Source of the DNA: Eledone cirrhosa
Taxonomy: Eukaryota
NCBI GenBank assembly: GCA_964016885.1
Contig: OZ024743.1
Span: 20,956,001-21,020,000, forward strand
Length of the DNA stretch: 64,000 bases
Reading direction: 5' to 3'
Program-made: the position numbers and the translations under genes
Notes under the pieces: generated by a model
Told to the model about the DNA's origin: nothing
Seen by the model: only the letters and a program-made list of their open reading frames with translations
Database searches by the model: none
Shown: one piece after another, positions 27,711-41,550 of the stretch
Layout: every line of letters starts with the position of its first letter
Position numbering within the stretch: the stretch's first letter is position 1

Positions 27711-28452
27711 TTTTTTATTATCTATATATTGATTCCATTTTGTGTAATTACACATTCTCACAAAGCATAGATTCATATTGAAGTGATATAGAAAATAATT
27801 AGCATGGTCTTTTCATTTAAAAATAGAGTTAGAACTCCCCATTACAGTGATACAACATATACCTCATTATTTTTAAATAATTGGGAAGTGGATTGACAGA
27901 CTCATTAAAGCATCACACACAGTGGTTTATGGAATAAAAATTACATCATTTTATGTTTTGTGTTTAAATCCTGCCACAGTCAACTTTGTCTTTGTTTCCC
28001 TCCTCACAAATTGTCGACCAATCAGAAATCATTATTTCAAAAGTATAACTGCTCAGTAGATTAGCTAACAATACTTTCTTATTCCTGGATGCTTCACTCA
28101 TTGTTCAACAGTTCAAATTATATATGGAATTTCATTGCTTGTTTGGAAAACCTTCACAAATTTCCTTCACTTTATTTACTCAGTTATAGTGTGAAGACAA
28201 CTCTATGTGAGAAGTAAGCTTTTGATAGATTAGAAATAAGAAAATATTTATCTCATCTATTTAATTCTATGGAAATGAAAGATTAATAGCTGTTTGTGTA
28301 TTTACTTCAAAGTATTTACTACTTTAATGATAAAATGCTGAAATAAGAAAATTTTATTTAATTCTTAACTGAAATAATTCAAAGAACTAAGTTAAATTAA
28401 ATATGAATTTATCTTTAAAGTTCACAAATAAGTTTTATTTTGTATTTAACAG

Positions 28453-28603
28453 GTGACCTAAAAACTTACTTATTATCTCGCCGAAGTCTTGTTGATCGAG
28501 AAACTATTGAGGCTGAAGATGTTGCTCCATTTAAACTGACCCAAATGGCTACTGATGTTGCAAATGGACTAAACTACCTCCACAGTCTTAAATATGTCCA
28601 CAG
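28453..28603 (+). CDS. VKR: VKR kinase exon (GDLKTYLLSRR...DVANGLNYLHSLKYVHR)
   Basis: AACAG acceptor, AG|GTATGC donor, phases 1 and 2. Confidence 0.95.
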
Positions 28604-28879
28604 GTATGCTGCATCAATGTTTTTTATATGTCATTCTCCTTTTTTAAATTTTTGATTAACATCTCATTCTTCTTAATCTACAAACAGTAGAAAGTGTAGA
28701 CAGTAGTTTAGGGCTCATTGCTTAATAAGTCAGAAACATAATATAAACTAAATTCAAAATTGAATTAATTATTGTTGATGAGACTTTGTTCCATTATGAT
28801 TGTGAAGACACTCTAGCTATGAACATTTCACTTTTTTTATATCAGTGCCTACATTAACCTATGGTTATGAATCTTGGGT

Positions 28880-29205
28880 AATGACCGAAGGGTGAAACTT
28901 GGAGATCAGAGAGTCGCTCCAAGTAGAGCCGTTATTTCTCCGAATTGAGAGATCACAGCTCTGATACTATGGGCATGTGGTTAGAATGTATCAGGAAAGA
29001 ATCACTGGACAGATTTTATGTGCAAAACCAGCCAGCAGGAGGCCCAGGCAAGATAGTTAGATAACATCTATGAGCTCGACTGGCCTTGCTTGGGGGTCCA
29101 GACAGATCAATTGGAGGTGGTTGCTTCTGGCTGGACTTGCTGGAAGGAGTGTTTGAGGACTATGCCCCACAACCCTCTCAAGAATAAGTGGGTGAATAAG
29201 AAGAG
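28880..29205 (+). mobile_element. Decayed RTE-group LINE 3' fragment
   Basis: Reads LRIERSQL*YYGHVVRM (RTE-like 'LRWFGHVxRM'), with stops and frameshifts. Confidence 0.55.
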
Positions 29206-29640
29206 ACTACATTGTCTAATGTGTTTTGTTTTTTGGAGTTTTTTTTCAACATAATAGAACATATGAGGGAAATTTGTATAGCTGCCACACTGTTAAGGTG
29301 TGTGTATAGAGTAGAGAAGATTTTGAAGAAAAATAAGATTAGGTAATAGGAATCAGATGATTAATGTAGAAAGGGATCCTATAATGAGTATGAAACATTA
29401 TATGGGGCTCACAGGGCTAACCCCTGCTTTAGAAATATATATATTTGTAGATAGACAGACAGATCAATGTATACAGATCTAGGCAGTAATGCATACAAAT
29501 TAGAACCTGAAGTATTTTTAAATGTTTTACTATAAATAGTTGACCTGGAGAACATTAGCAGTGATATTATGATAACACTACTGGTGGTCATGTATATATT
29601 GAACATGATATTGATGATAATTTATATCTTAAAATTCCAG

Positions 29641-29753
29641 AGATTTAGCTTGTCGTAACTGTTTGGTGCACTCAAATAAAACAGTGAAAATAGGTGATTT
29701 TGGAATGACAAGATCACTATATGAATCAGATTTTTATAAATTCTCTAAAAAAG
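29641..29753 (+). CDS. VKR: VKR kinase exon, catalytic and activation loops ([10 protein letters not shown]...[22 protein letters not shown])
   Basis: TTCCAG acceptor, G|GTGAGT donor; HRDLACRN and DFG motifs. Confidence 0.96.
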
Positions 29754-30598
29754 GTGAGTAATTTAGTCATAAATATTTTTTTACTTTGATGTTGAAATTT
29801 TTATTTTCAAATCAGATGCTATTAAAATTCAGGAAGAAAGGTTTTCTCATCTTAAATGAAACGTAACATGAATAGAATGTTAAATTATCTACAATTTCTC
29901 TCTCCCTTACTTTGATATACATAAGTATGTACATGTTCTTATATGTATATATATATATATGTGAGGTTTAATTTTCCTGAAAGAATATTATTTTTATTGT
30001 TTTTCATTTATAATTTAATTCAAAGGTTGAATAGTTTCATGCCACAACTATTTGTAATAAAAGATAATGATTATTTACATTGTGATGACTGTGTTATTTA
30101 GCTTATAGAAGACTGATCAAAAGATCACAAGTACAAACACTGCCACACACACACTACCACTTACTTCTATCAACCTAATAGAGAAGATAATTGGTAAACT
30201 CATGAGGTAAGGTACAACATTTCTATAACAGTGCATGCCAAAAAATTGGGACTATAGTGGGACTATATTGGGACTATATAGAGTTCCACACAAAACAAGG
30301 TGAACAGCTTTGAAGATTCTACTGGTATCAAAATGTATGGCAAAAACTGTCACACAGGTACAGCATGTGTAAAACTAGTTATAGTGACTACCATGCTTTT
30401 ACCTTTCAGAGATTTGAGACCATATCACCCCCATAACACTTTACAAGCACCGTTAATCACTTGAACAATACACCACTATTATGACCATTCTGATTCTGAA
30501 GATGGAGCCTAGAAGAATTTGAAACATTAATGCACACGTGGAATTAGGAACACCACTGTTGCAAACTAAAAATAAGAAAATACAAAAAAAATCTTTAA

Positions 30599-30808
30599 CC
30601 CTTTAGCATTTACATTATTCTATATTTACTATTGTATTTTCACTGTAAACACTTTATTTTACATAATTATCTCACATATATTGAATCTATGAGATTTTGA
30701 TATTATTAATTTTGAGAACAATACATTAAGAACAGTATGAGTGGTCAATTTGAACAGGAAGAGATTAGATACTTCTAGTCGGATACAGCCAGTTTAAATC
30801 CTAAAGGG
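30599..30808. mobile_element. piggyBac-type MITE
   Basis: TTAA|CCCTTTAGCATTT ... AAATCCTAAAGGG|TTAA; same family as 9856, opposite orientation. Confidence 0.7.
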
Positions 30809-32619
30809 TTAATGAAAATGATCAAACTGGAAAACATTTATGGATATATACTACATATGTATATGACACATGTATATGGTAATATAGATGTGTATATGTA
30901 TATCCATCTATACATGTGTATGTAGAATGCTTATGAGCATGCTAATTAGTTTTTAAAGAGGTTGAGACAATGAAATAAATTCTCTTTATATGTAGTCCTT
31001 ATATTTACACTAAAAATTCTTTGGGGATAAAAATACATTTGAAACTATATTAGCATTTCTTAATAAAATTGATAATATTCCAGATGCTGAAAAAAACCAG
31101 CAAGATTATTGAATAGAATTTTCTTTCTCTTGCTGCCACAAAAGGCCATATCTCCTGGAAAATTCAAACAAATTTTCAAAATTGAAAATGTTTTCAAATT
31201 TAAATGACGCTCCCCCTCCTCCACCTGTCAAATGTTAGTCAACTATAATATTATTCCCTACAGAGTAGCATTAATCACTAACAATTCACTAGAGTTAATT
31301 ATTCCTTTCATGGCTACTAGTGAACAATGCCAGCATCCACCTCTTCCACTGCTAATTAGATCACCTAATTAGCAAAAGCTATCAACAACTTCTATGGATC
31401 CTCTTTGGGATTGAAAAACGTTTATTTCACCAATGGTCTTACTACCAACTCTGCTTGTGCATCAGCTACATAGAAAGTCTACATTTTCAGTTAATCTTCT
31501 TGCTATCCCACTAAACCTCTTGTGCAGCCAAGATTAGCATTCTGTACATCATATAGTATTTCTACTTACTTCTGTTCTACATATCGAGCAAGGCCACTTC
31601 TTTGATAGAATTAAGGTTCTGTCTTCTTTCCTACTCATGTAAATTTTAGTATACCTGTCATCTAGCTTCTCATTTAGCTATGTGGTACTGATCTTTGCTG
31701 CCACTATTTTTCCAGTCTTTTCTGCCTCATGGTTATAACAGTTGTATCCACTGTGCTGTTCCAACACTAGGTCACCCTCTGTCTGGCTGGGGCTCAAGTC
31801 ACAAATCCTGTTAGTAGCCTGTTCTAGGTTGCCATGTAGAAACTTCAATTGTCTTCTATGTCATATGTATCTAACTGCTCCTCCCTCTTGTCATCTGCAT
31901 CACATGGGGCTTTCTGAACCTATATTTAAAAGAGTGATCTTTTAGCTTTCATACTCACCTCCATATTTTTCTACATTTCTTATTCCATCTTTAGCTTCTT
32001 CTCCAGAGATAGACAGCAGTAATTTTCGTCATAGCTGAAAATTAGGGGTCTATGCATCTGTTGAGCTCTCATACATTACTTTTATAAGTTGAAATAAAAT
32101 TGCTCCAATTTTACTTTTCCTCTTAAAGCAGAATGGATTAAAAACACCAGTAATATAATAGGATTCAATTTATTTGAATATTTTCATTCTATATAATTTT
32201 GCAGCCAATGTTAAACACCAGTTTTCATATTATTAAAAATATCAGTGAAAATAACTATAATAATTGCAACAGAAGAATATATCAAAGAGACACCTCGAGA
32301 TATATTTCACATTGAGCACTTATATTTTTAACTAATAAATAAAGTATGCCAGAAGGCTTGGAAATAAAACAGATTCAATTTGATCTTTCATAAAAACAAT
32401 TTAAAGTTCTGTACACTAAACAACAATATTTGGAACAGTACAGCAGTTTTATAAGACCAGTGTCCTCAGAGGGTCCTATCAGAAGCAGCCATCTCCAAAT
32501 GATCTGGCCAAGCTTATGGATGTTATTTGGTCATCATGCTTGTAGTGTCCCTCTAGGTCTCCTGCCAGTTGACTTTACTCATATAATCTGTCAAGCAATT
32601 ATTTCTTTAGAAATTCTAT

Positions 32620-32915
32620 GGAGGCACATAGCTTAGTGGTTAGAGCATTGGCCTTGCAATCGAAAGGTTGTGAGTTCAATTCTCAGACCGGGTGATGTGT
32701 TGATTCCTTGAGCAAGACACTTTATTTCACATTGCTCCAGTTTACTCAGCTGTAGAAATGAGATGATAGGACTGGGGTCCCTATCATTCCACGGCAAAAA
32801 AGCACCCAGCACTCACTGTAAATGAGGTTGGTGTTAGGAAGGGCATCCAGCTGTAGAAATCAAGCTAGAATCAGTTCCCGTCCCACCCTTGCAAGCAGGG
32901 AAAAGCGGACGTAAA

Positions 32916-32950
<35 letters not shown>
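32620..32950 (+). mobile_element. SINE family B with LINE-like tail ending in (GAT)n
   Basis: A/B boxes, CCTTGAGCAAGACACTTTATTTC core, then ggaagggcatccagctgtagaaa...gcggacgtaaaa(tga)n. Confidence 0.8.
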
Positions 32951-32951
<1 letters not shown>

Positions 32952-33777
32952 CTAATAAGTTATAAAGACATATAGTTGAAATTTTAAAAAATATAGAGAT
33001 TAAGAAGTTAAAACAAATATTCATGAACAGATGTTCCATAAATGAGGCTACAACAAAAAAATGAAAAAATATTATTATTGATCATTATAATCAATAGTTA
33101 TGATAGAAAAAAATTAAAATACATTGGCAGTTTCAATCATTACTTTATATGTGATAAATTGGAAAATATGGGAATTAAATGAGATCGAAATACAAATTCA
33201 AAATATTTTGGTGGATTCCATGCTTAAAAGGTACATGTATTTATGTATATCATCATCATCATCATTTAACATCTATTTTCCACGCTTGCATGGGTTAGAC
33301 GTAAGGGCACATTTTTTTTTATGTTTACACCTCCCTAATTAATAAGGTACATCATCTTCTGAATGAGTTTTCTACAAACTATTTAACAGACAAAATATCT
33401 GCTATTAAATGTGATTTTTCTATTTTAACATGAATTTTGTTGGTTATTTGTCTCTTGTATTCAATATGGTTGCAACAAATTTGATTTCAATGATTATTAA
33501 AACATAGCACATCACCCAAAGACAGACATTCTCTAACATAATTAGAAAATTGCTATAAAATTATGACTGAATTTTGCAGAAATATTTGGGAAAAAGAGCT
33601 ACAAATTAATGCAAATAATTGTAGGATGTGAGATACGAAACAATATCTTCCATTTCATAGTGGTTATTATTTTAAGAAATGGAAGAAAATGAGTATTGAA
33701 GGAAGAATATGTTCTGAAAAAAAATCAGAAATAAGCTAAAAAGTTAACTGGAGAAGCTTTTATAGGTCATTATTAAT

Positions 33778-33970
33778 GGCGGTGGATTGGCAGTATCGGT
33801 AGAGGGTCGGACGCTATGCTTTGACGCATAGAGTTACAGCCCTTGCCATTCTGAGTTCAAATCCCGCCGAGGTTAACTTTGCCTTTCATCCTTACGGGGT
33901 CAATAAAATAAAGTCCCAGTAATGCACTGGGTAATTGCTGGCCTTGTGCCAAAAAGTAGAAACAATTATT
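33778..33970 (+). mobile_element. SINE family A, full-length
   Basis: TGGCAGTATCGG A box and GAGTTCAAATCCC B box; near reverse complement of 4398-4586. Confidence 0.85.
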
Positions 33971-34299
33971 CATAGACGTCTCAAATACCAAATATAGACT
34001 AAGAATGGGTTAGGGATTTATGTTAATACTGAATATAACTGATGTGCACAAGACCAATATTTGCTTCATAACACCTATACAATAAACACAATATAAATAT
34101 TTATTGTTATTCTAGTTGTGATTATTCCTGCGTTTCTATATATGTAAGCAGCTAGTAACTATGTATAACTTCCTTATATACTTAGGAGGCTTCCTTGCTG
34201 GCTGCACAAGCTACACTATAGTAACAAGAACATTGTATAAACAGAGTTCAGCTGTAATTATGTGGAAGCATAGCTGCTAGCTATATACACAGAAAACAG

Positions 34300-34508
34300 C
34301 AAATAATGATTTCTAACATTGGCACAAAGCCACCAATTTGTGAGGAGAGGAAAGTCGATTATATCAATCCAAGTTCCTTACTGGTACTTTATTTTATTGA
34401 CCTCAAAAGGTAAAGTTTACCTGATTTGCACTTAGAATGTAAAGAGTCAGAACAAACACTGCAAAGTATTTGTCTGACAATCTAAGGACTCTGCCAACGC
34501 ACCACCTT
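34300..34508 (-). mobile_element. SINE family A (older)
   Basis: ggcacaaagcc...ctggtactttattttattgacc...ctctgccaa. Confidence 0.7.
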
Positions 34509-35151
34509 GAAAACACAGGAAATAATAAAAATTGATACAAATAACAGATAGTAGTTATTTTACACATGTTTCTGAAAATGATGAAGCTATAGTGATATTG
34601 AATATTCCAGTGTATCTTGATGAGAGCTAAACCACTCAGACATCATTATGAAGCCAAAAGAAAAAAAATACTTTTTGATTCAGTGAGGTAAAACAAAACC
34701 CCTCATTCATTGAATAAGAATGTATTGCTGAATGTGTAAAAAATATAAATAACAGTGGTTTTACTGTGAAAAGTAATAGAAAGCAAAAATATATTGCTTC
34801 GTCAACGTAAGGTATAAAAATCAGCTTTGTTAGACATTTCACACATCTACAAAAAAATATATATATAATGAAATGAAAACATATAAAATAAATTCTCATA
34901 GATACCAAAAAATAACACACATTCAAATTATAAACAATACTATATAGAATTTAAATACAATGCTGAACTCTGCAGTGCAGCAGTGACTACAATATTATAT
35001 CTTGAAGTGAACCATTCTGTGGTTGTTTTTTTATTTTAGTCAATGGAATGATGAAAGACATTTACAATCAGAGAATATAGACCAAAACAAACCTAAATGC
35101 TATCAGACATTTAATCAGATGTTCTACTATTTATATCACTATGACCTTTAT

Positions 35152-35550
35152 AATAATAATTGTTTCTACTTTTGGCACAAGGCCAGCAATTATCCCAGTG
35201 TATTGCTGGTGCTTTATTTTATCAACCCCATAAGGGTGAAAGCAAAGTTAACCTCAGCAGGATTTGAACTCAGACCATGAAGAGCTGTAACTCTTTGCTG
35301 CAAAACATGGCGTCAGACCCTTTACCGGTTGGTTTCTTATATAGGCACAAGACCAGCAATTTTGGCGGGGAGGGGAAAGTCAATTAAATCGACCCCAGTG
35401 CATTACTTGTACTTTATTTGATCGACCCCAAAAGGATGAAAGGCAAAGCTAACCTCAGCAGGATTTGAAATCAGAACGAAAAGGGCCGTAACTCTATGCT
35501 GCAAAGCATGGTGTCTGATGCTGTACCAATTTTGCCAATCCACCTCCATC
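35152..35550 (-). mobile_element. Two tandem SINE family A copies
   Basis: The core 'aaggatgaaaggcaaag.taacctcagcaggatttgaa' occurs twice (~35230 and ~35430). Confidence 0.8.
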
Positions 35551-35564
35551 CTTTATAGTGATAA

Positions 35565-36155
35565 TAATAAAGGTTTCTTTATTAGCCACACAGGGCTTAC
35601 ATTAAGAGGACAATGAGGACAGTACAGTGTGATATTTTTGTGTGAAAGAAAGATTTATAAAAAAAAATTAAAAATTAAACATAACAATTCCCCAAAAGTG
35701 GAGATACCTCAGAGTGCTACACATGGAGAAAGACCACAAAAAGCCATGGTAACCTTGATTTATCATCCTCCAATTTACAAGCGCATACTCAGAGCCAGCC
35801 CATTCACTCGGACCATACTCACCACTCTCACCCACCTCCCAACAAACTGGTTGGAAGGCAGCATTTCCTCTCCACCATGATTTTTCTCTTCAAGTGAAAC
35901 TTGAAAAAGCTAATTAGGGCTTTGCCAAAGAGAAAAGTGCTTGTCTTTAAAACTTTCATGCATATCCACCATACAACCTCTTTTGCCATGGCTACCAGAT
36001 AGATAAAAACTGCCTGTCCTTCCCATCTGAAGGAAGATGGCAGGGTAATCTTCACAATGGACTCAGTTGATAGTTGGATTCATCCCACATGTGACAGCAG
36101 GTGTTTGACATGAATCCACAGGTCAGCAATACTCGGACACTCGATGAGTATGTGC
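35565..36155 (-). mobile_element. 3' end of L1/Tx1-like LINE
   Basis: Minus strand encodes HILIECPSIADLWIHV (zinc-knuckle remnant) then LVAMAKEVVWW, followed by a UTR and an AAT-rich tail. Confidence 0.6.
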
Positions 36156-36484
36156 AATAATAATAATAATAATAATTACAATAAAAATGAAATTTAACAA
36201 GGACACAATGCCAGATATTTTGGAGATAAGAAAAAGCAAATTATAGCAACCGCAGTACTTAATTGGTACTTTGTTTTAGCAACTCCAAGATGGAATGATT
36301 TGAACTTAGAATGTAGAAAATTGTAACTAAATACTGCAAAGCATTTTGTTTGACACCCTAATGATTGTGCCAATCCAATAAGATAATCAGATTTATGAAT
36401 ATTAAAAACAACACAATTACTTAAGACAAGCTGTTATTTTTTTCTAATTATTATCTTAATTAAGAGTCTACTTATAATATTCAG

Positions 36485-36750
36485 TAGGTGGCAAATTGGC
36501 AGAGTTGTTAGAATGTTTGATAGAATACTTTATAGTATTTATTCCTGCCGAGATCAACTTTGCCTTTCATCCTTTCGAGATCAATAAAAAAAAAAAGTAC
36601 CAATCTTATACTGGGGTCAATTCTTCCTCTCTCTGAAAGAAATCTGCTGTACTCAGGTCTGTAGAGGGATGGGATATGCGAGGCTTAAAATGCCCAAGAA
36701 ACGCTGTATTTCAATACAGCGCCCCTACGACTCTATCAGAAGTTACGAGA
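36485..36750 (+). mobile_element. SINE family A, long-tail variant
   Basis: Core actttgcctttcatcctttcgag plus a tail related to 12500 and 27416. Confidence 0.7.
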
Positions 36751-36877
36751 CCATATGTACATACATTATATACTAGTAGATTTTACAAACATTTCATAAA
36801 TATCTTAATTTCACAAAAGGCTATCTTCACTTTCTCCCTGCTATTTGTTGAAAATATATCTGATGCTATTCTCACAA

Positions 36878-36959
36878 ATTATTACTGCACAGAAGTGCTA
36901 ATAAAGTTGTACAAGATTATTACTGCACAGAAGTGCTAATAAAGTTGTACAAGATTATT
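36878..36959. repeat. Perfect 38-bp tandem duplication
   Basis: attattactgcacagaagtgctaataaagttgtacaag twice, then attatt. Confidence 0.95.
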
Positions 36960-37299
36960 TACTAGAAAAGCAGTTAACACTTAAACACATCTTATTTGAA
37001 ACAGATTTTCCAGTTTACATCAATATAGAGTTCATAATAAAATAACTCATTAAATTGTACAATTATTAATATATTAAATTTACTGTTGTAAAGTTTGATG
37101 ATTAATGTCATAATCATAAAAATGTTTGTTTTCAGAAGAGGCTTAAAGCAAAACCTTCATTATTGACAATACCACCATCATTACCATTATCTTCACCACC
37201 ACTCTCATCATCATTATCTAATATAATATATAATGAAAATTATTGTGTACAATGCTCAGGTGCACTACAACTCATCAAAAGTGCATGTATAGCACATAG

Positions 37300-37405
37300 A
37301 ATAATTGTTTCTTCTTTTGGCACAAAGCCAGCACTTACCCCAGTGCATTACTGGTGCTTTATTTTATCGACCCCGTAAGGATGAAAGACAAAGTTACCCT
37401 CGGTG
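37300..37405 (-). mobile_element. 5'-truncated SINE family A
   Basis: Tail and core only. Confidence 0.75.
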
Positions 37406-37469
37406 TATAAAAGTCAGGAAAGTAAACATTTTATGAGTCATTATACACATACACACACGTGTGTGTGTA

Positions 37470-37595
37470 TGGAGGGGGAATATTAGGTGTAGTGTTGGTG
37501 AATTTCAGGAAGCAGGGATATTTTGAAGGATGCAGTGTCCCAAAATCTAACAACTGATGCAGGTAGTTTGTTCCATGCTTTAGCAAATCTGAGCA
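37470..37595 (-). mobile_element. CR1-like LINE 3' fragment
   Basis: Minus strand reads LRFAKAWNKLPASVV, the 'WNxLP' terminal motif. Confidence 0.5.
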
Positions 37596-40023
37596 TGCAT
37601 CCTTTTTGTCTTTGACATTTAATCTTTTAGTTCAATTGTAATAGAGAAAATGGTAAGGATTAAAAAAAAGAATCAGCTGTAATTCTTATAAGATATTTTT
37701 ATCCTCCAAGCATATTAAGAATAATAAATTTTGGGTTTATATCTTCATTTGGTAATATTTTGTTTATCATTCTTAATGGAGGGTGTTCTTAATAAATCTA
37801 GCTTGTTTGAATTTGTTACAATTCTACAATATGACTGATTTACTAATAGTAACTCTATGCTAACTTGAGAAAATCATCTGCCAGATAATAAATAAACCTG
37901 GGAGAGAGTTGGGTGGAACAATTAAATCACCAAACCAGTAGCTTCATTGTCAGTCACATAATTGCTTAAATATTTAGGATTATAAATAACATGTAAGAAT
38001 GTATGTATGAGCCCATAACTCCTAATAGAGTCTTAGGCATATTAAATCTAGCAAAGCCCATCCCTTTTCTAGTTGTGAATACAACTGACAGAGGAACTGA
38101 GGAGGAGATATAGAGGAAGAATCAACCAGTTGGAACAAGTACCACAAAGTATTCTACTCTTCTAACAACTCAGCCAATCCCTCATCTCAGTAATTATACT
38201 GGATGGTACATAGTTCATTTCGCACTTGATGCTATTTGTGACAGGTTGAGGAAATCTTTTGAGAAGCATAATCTGAGATCCAGTTCATTCCTGGTTTTAG
38301 CTATTTCAAAATTCTACTTATTTTGTTCAGTCTTTTGAGTAAAGCATGAATATCACATAATCTTATTTCCCATCCTATATAAATATCTGGCATTATGCCA
38401 ATGCACAATGCCACCTATACATATAAGAATAAATATGTAGCTTTGTACTAATGTGAAATATTAATATTAATTTTATGTATGCCACTGGCAGGCAACTTTA
38501 TTTGTTCATCTGCAGCTAACATGGCTGCCACTCTGATGTGCTCAATATAACAGTTCTGAATCTATTGGCACTTCTCATTCAACATGAATATAATTTTAAC
38601 ATCACTCTCATTACATCATTAACATCAAAACCGTTTCTATCTGTTTGATTATTATATATTTGTTCAGCATAAATGCAATGATACATATGACTTCTCAACT
38701 TTTGACCAATTTATTGTTGTAGATCAAACTAGATACTTCACAACTCTTCAACTATAACATATAACAGACAAATCCACTGCTTCTACAATACAACAGGAAA
38801 AAAAATCAATAACTACGTTGTGTCATTTAGGGAGCTTTCACAGTTATTTGACTTGTTCAAAGTAGCAAACAAATCTTCCTCGACAGATCCCATACTATCT
38901 TTTCTGTACTAAAGTTATGGCATAGAATTTTAAATCCTAGAATAATGTGTTCAACAGCAAGTAGTGGATGGTCATAGATAAAACATTTATCACATAATGG
39001 AAGCATAACTCAACACTCTTATTGTTACAAATCTGAAGTGCTATGTCATTATTTTTTCAAATTTATTTTATTTTTTATGACATTTTGATCAGTTAACTTC
39101 ATGTTATATGTTTACTTAAGCAAACAAGATAGAGTTAATTCACCAGCAACAATAGCTAGAATGTTAAAACCCAGTGGGATTAGAAGTTAGAATTTTCCTG
39201 TGATTTGTGAGATTGCAGTTGTTGAATGGAGTGGCTAAGTGATTAACATCTTATATGTGAATTGAAACATTAAATGCCTCCTAGGTCAAAGAAGATATTA
39301 AGGACCTTCTTTAGCTCTGGTTTTATATGAAATTGAGCAGTTGAGAGATTAAACCTCCCTATGGATAGGATAAGAGGCTATGATAATTATGAGATACTTA
39401 GTACCTGTTCTTAACAACTAAGTCAACTAAATCAAAGTAGAGTTCTGTCTAAAATAATAGAAACAAATTTGGATTCATGGTCTATTGGCAGATAGTTCAA
39501 AATATTATCTACTGAACCATTCAATCTCAATATATATAAGTTGATCCAATCTTTGCCAAAGACATTTCATATCAACCTTATCAATGAATCTTACTAGCCA
39601 AAGAAGTAAGTTTTAATCTTATATTACAAGAAAAAGTTTTTATGAGTTGATAATCAATGTGACTTGGTATATAGGGTTTCACAACCCATATTACATGGAA
39701 ACTATAAGTGTAAAGTTGTTTTTCCTTCAAAAATATTAGTTTATCATTATTTTTGTATAATCATAAATAACATCATAAAATACTGGATGAAAATAATATA
39801 TTTTCCTGTCCTTCAAAATTACTGCTGCAACATTTATATGAGATTTAATAAAGAAACTAAATAAATTGCACCAACTAAATTGTAAACATACATAAATTGT
39901 TGAGTATTACTGCATCTCACACATGAAACAGTGTTTATGAATGAACTTGACATGCTTTTATTTTCCTGTAATTTATAAATATATACATAAAATATATACT
40001 ATTTACTGTCTCCTTCATTGCAG

Positions 40024-40231
40024 GAATGCTTCCAGTTCGGTGGATGTCGCCAGAAAGTATATGGGATGGAATTTTCACAGCATTATCAGATATTTGGAGC
40101 TTTGGTGTACTTTTGTATGAAATAGTGACATTTGGCAGTTTTCCTTACCAAGGCCTCTCTAATAACCAAGTCCTAGAATATATCCGAAGCGGTAGTCGTA
40201 TCACATTACCAGATTCATGCTCAATTGAAAT
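40024..40231 (+). CDS. VKR: VKR kinase exon, subdomains VIII-X ([12 protein letters not shown]...[29 protein letters not shown])
   Basis: TTGCAG acceptor, AT|GTAAGA donor; insulin-receptor-family motifs. Confidence 0.96.
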
Positions 40232-41469
40232 GTAAGATATTTAAAGTAAATAAATATATTTTCAGCAATGCAAATAAGACATTAAATGTATAAAATGATG
40301 ATAACAAAGTTTTGGAATGTTGCCTTGGAAATCTTTAATTAGTCCTTAATATTTAGGGATAATAAAATACCTAGTGTTGTTCTCATGCTGACATTCTTTT
40401 AATTTTAACTGTCCTACTAAACTGATAGACAAGAACAGCTTTTGCAATTGAAATACACTACTGAATTTTTGTTAATATATTTCTGTATTTATTTTATTTT
40501 TGTCCAAGATCTTAGATACTAACACTCCATATAGTTGTTTATGTAAAGTCTGCTAGAGTCATTTTATTCAGTTCTTTACTATATATACAAGATACATTTA
40601 ACTACAAACATATAGAGCAACTTGACCTGCATATGAAGTAGATTACTCTATAAATATAAATCTTTGAATGTAAAATACTTTATATTGCATATAAAGTATT
40701 TTTCTAGCAAAGTTATTTTTTACTCAATATTTAATGCATCTCATTCTATAAGTACCACACTTTTTCCTGTATTTGAAAGGCACATTAGATTGCATGTAAA
40801 GAATGTTATCACATTATGAGAGATTTTATTCTACGTGTACAGTGAGCTTCACTCTCTATATATAGATACCTTTTCTTCTTTAATATGTTTCAATAGGAGA
40901 TGTGTAGCAGTTTTATTTCATTTTTAGGAAAGTCATCAGTAGTAAACATGTGCATCAGAAATTCATGCAGCTATTCTAGATATTTGCAATAGTGCAATTC
41001 ATGTTAAAATTATAGTTGACTGAATTAATTACTGATGAAAAATTTTAACTTGAAGGTGAGAAAGATGTAATTTTATATTTCAGCTTATTTCCTTTGACAG
41101 TGTGAAATACAATTTTGAATCTGATACTGTTTAATTCTTCAATTTAATATTTCCTTCCAAATTAAAATTTGATTTAAACCACAACCCAGTTGAAAAAGTA
41201 ATTATTTGTGTTTACACTAACAAGTAAAAAATATTGTGTGATGGCTAGCTTCAATGATTAGCTCCTAGCTATTCTTAGTGAATTAATAATTCTGTTCCTA
41301 TATATATTTAGTTACATGTTCAATTTCAATGAATTTCCCTGTAAATTCATTGAATAAATATGAAATTCTAAGACATAACATCAACTATCAATGTTGCTTT
41401 TATTAAATTAAATATATCAACTATGTGTGTATGTATATAAATATATATGTATATATGTGTATAAATATA

Positions 41470-41524
<55 letters not shown>

Positions 41525-41550
41525 GTATGTATGTATGTATATATATATAT

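Noticed and set aside
32620-32695. tRNA gene (likewise the head at 33778)
   Set aside because: A/B boxes continue into SINE core and tail; these are tRNA-derived SINE heads without a full cloverleaf.
34110-34300. Weak inverted similarity (agctagtaactatg / catagctgctagct)
   Set aside because: Too degenerate to define arms or an element by eye.
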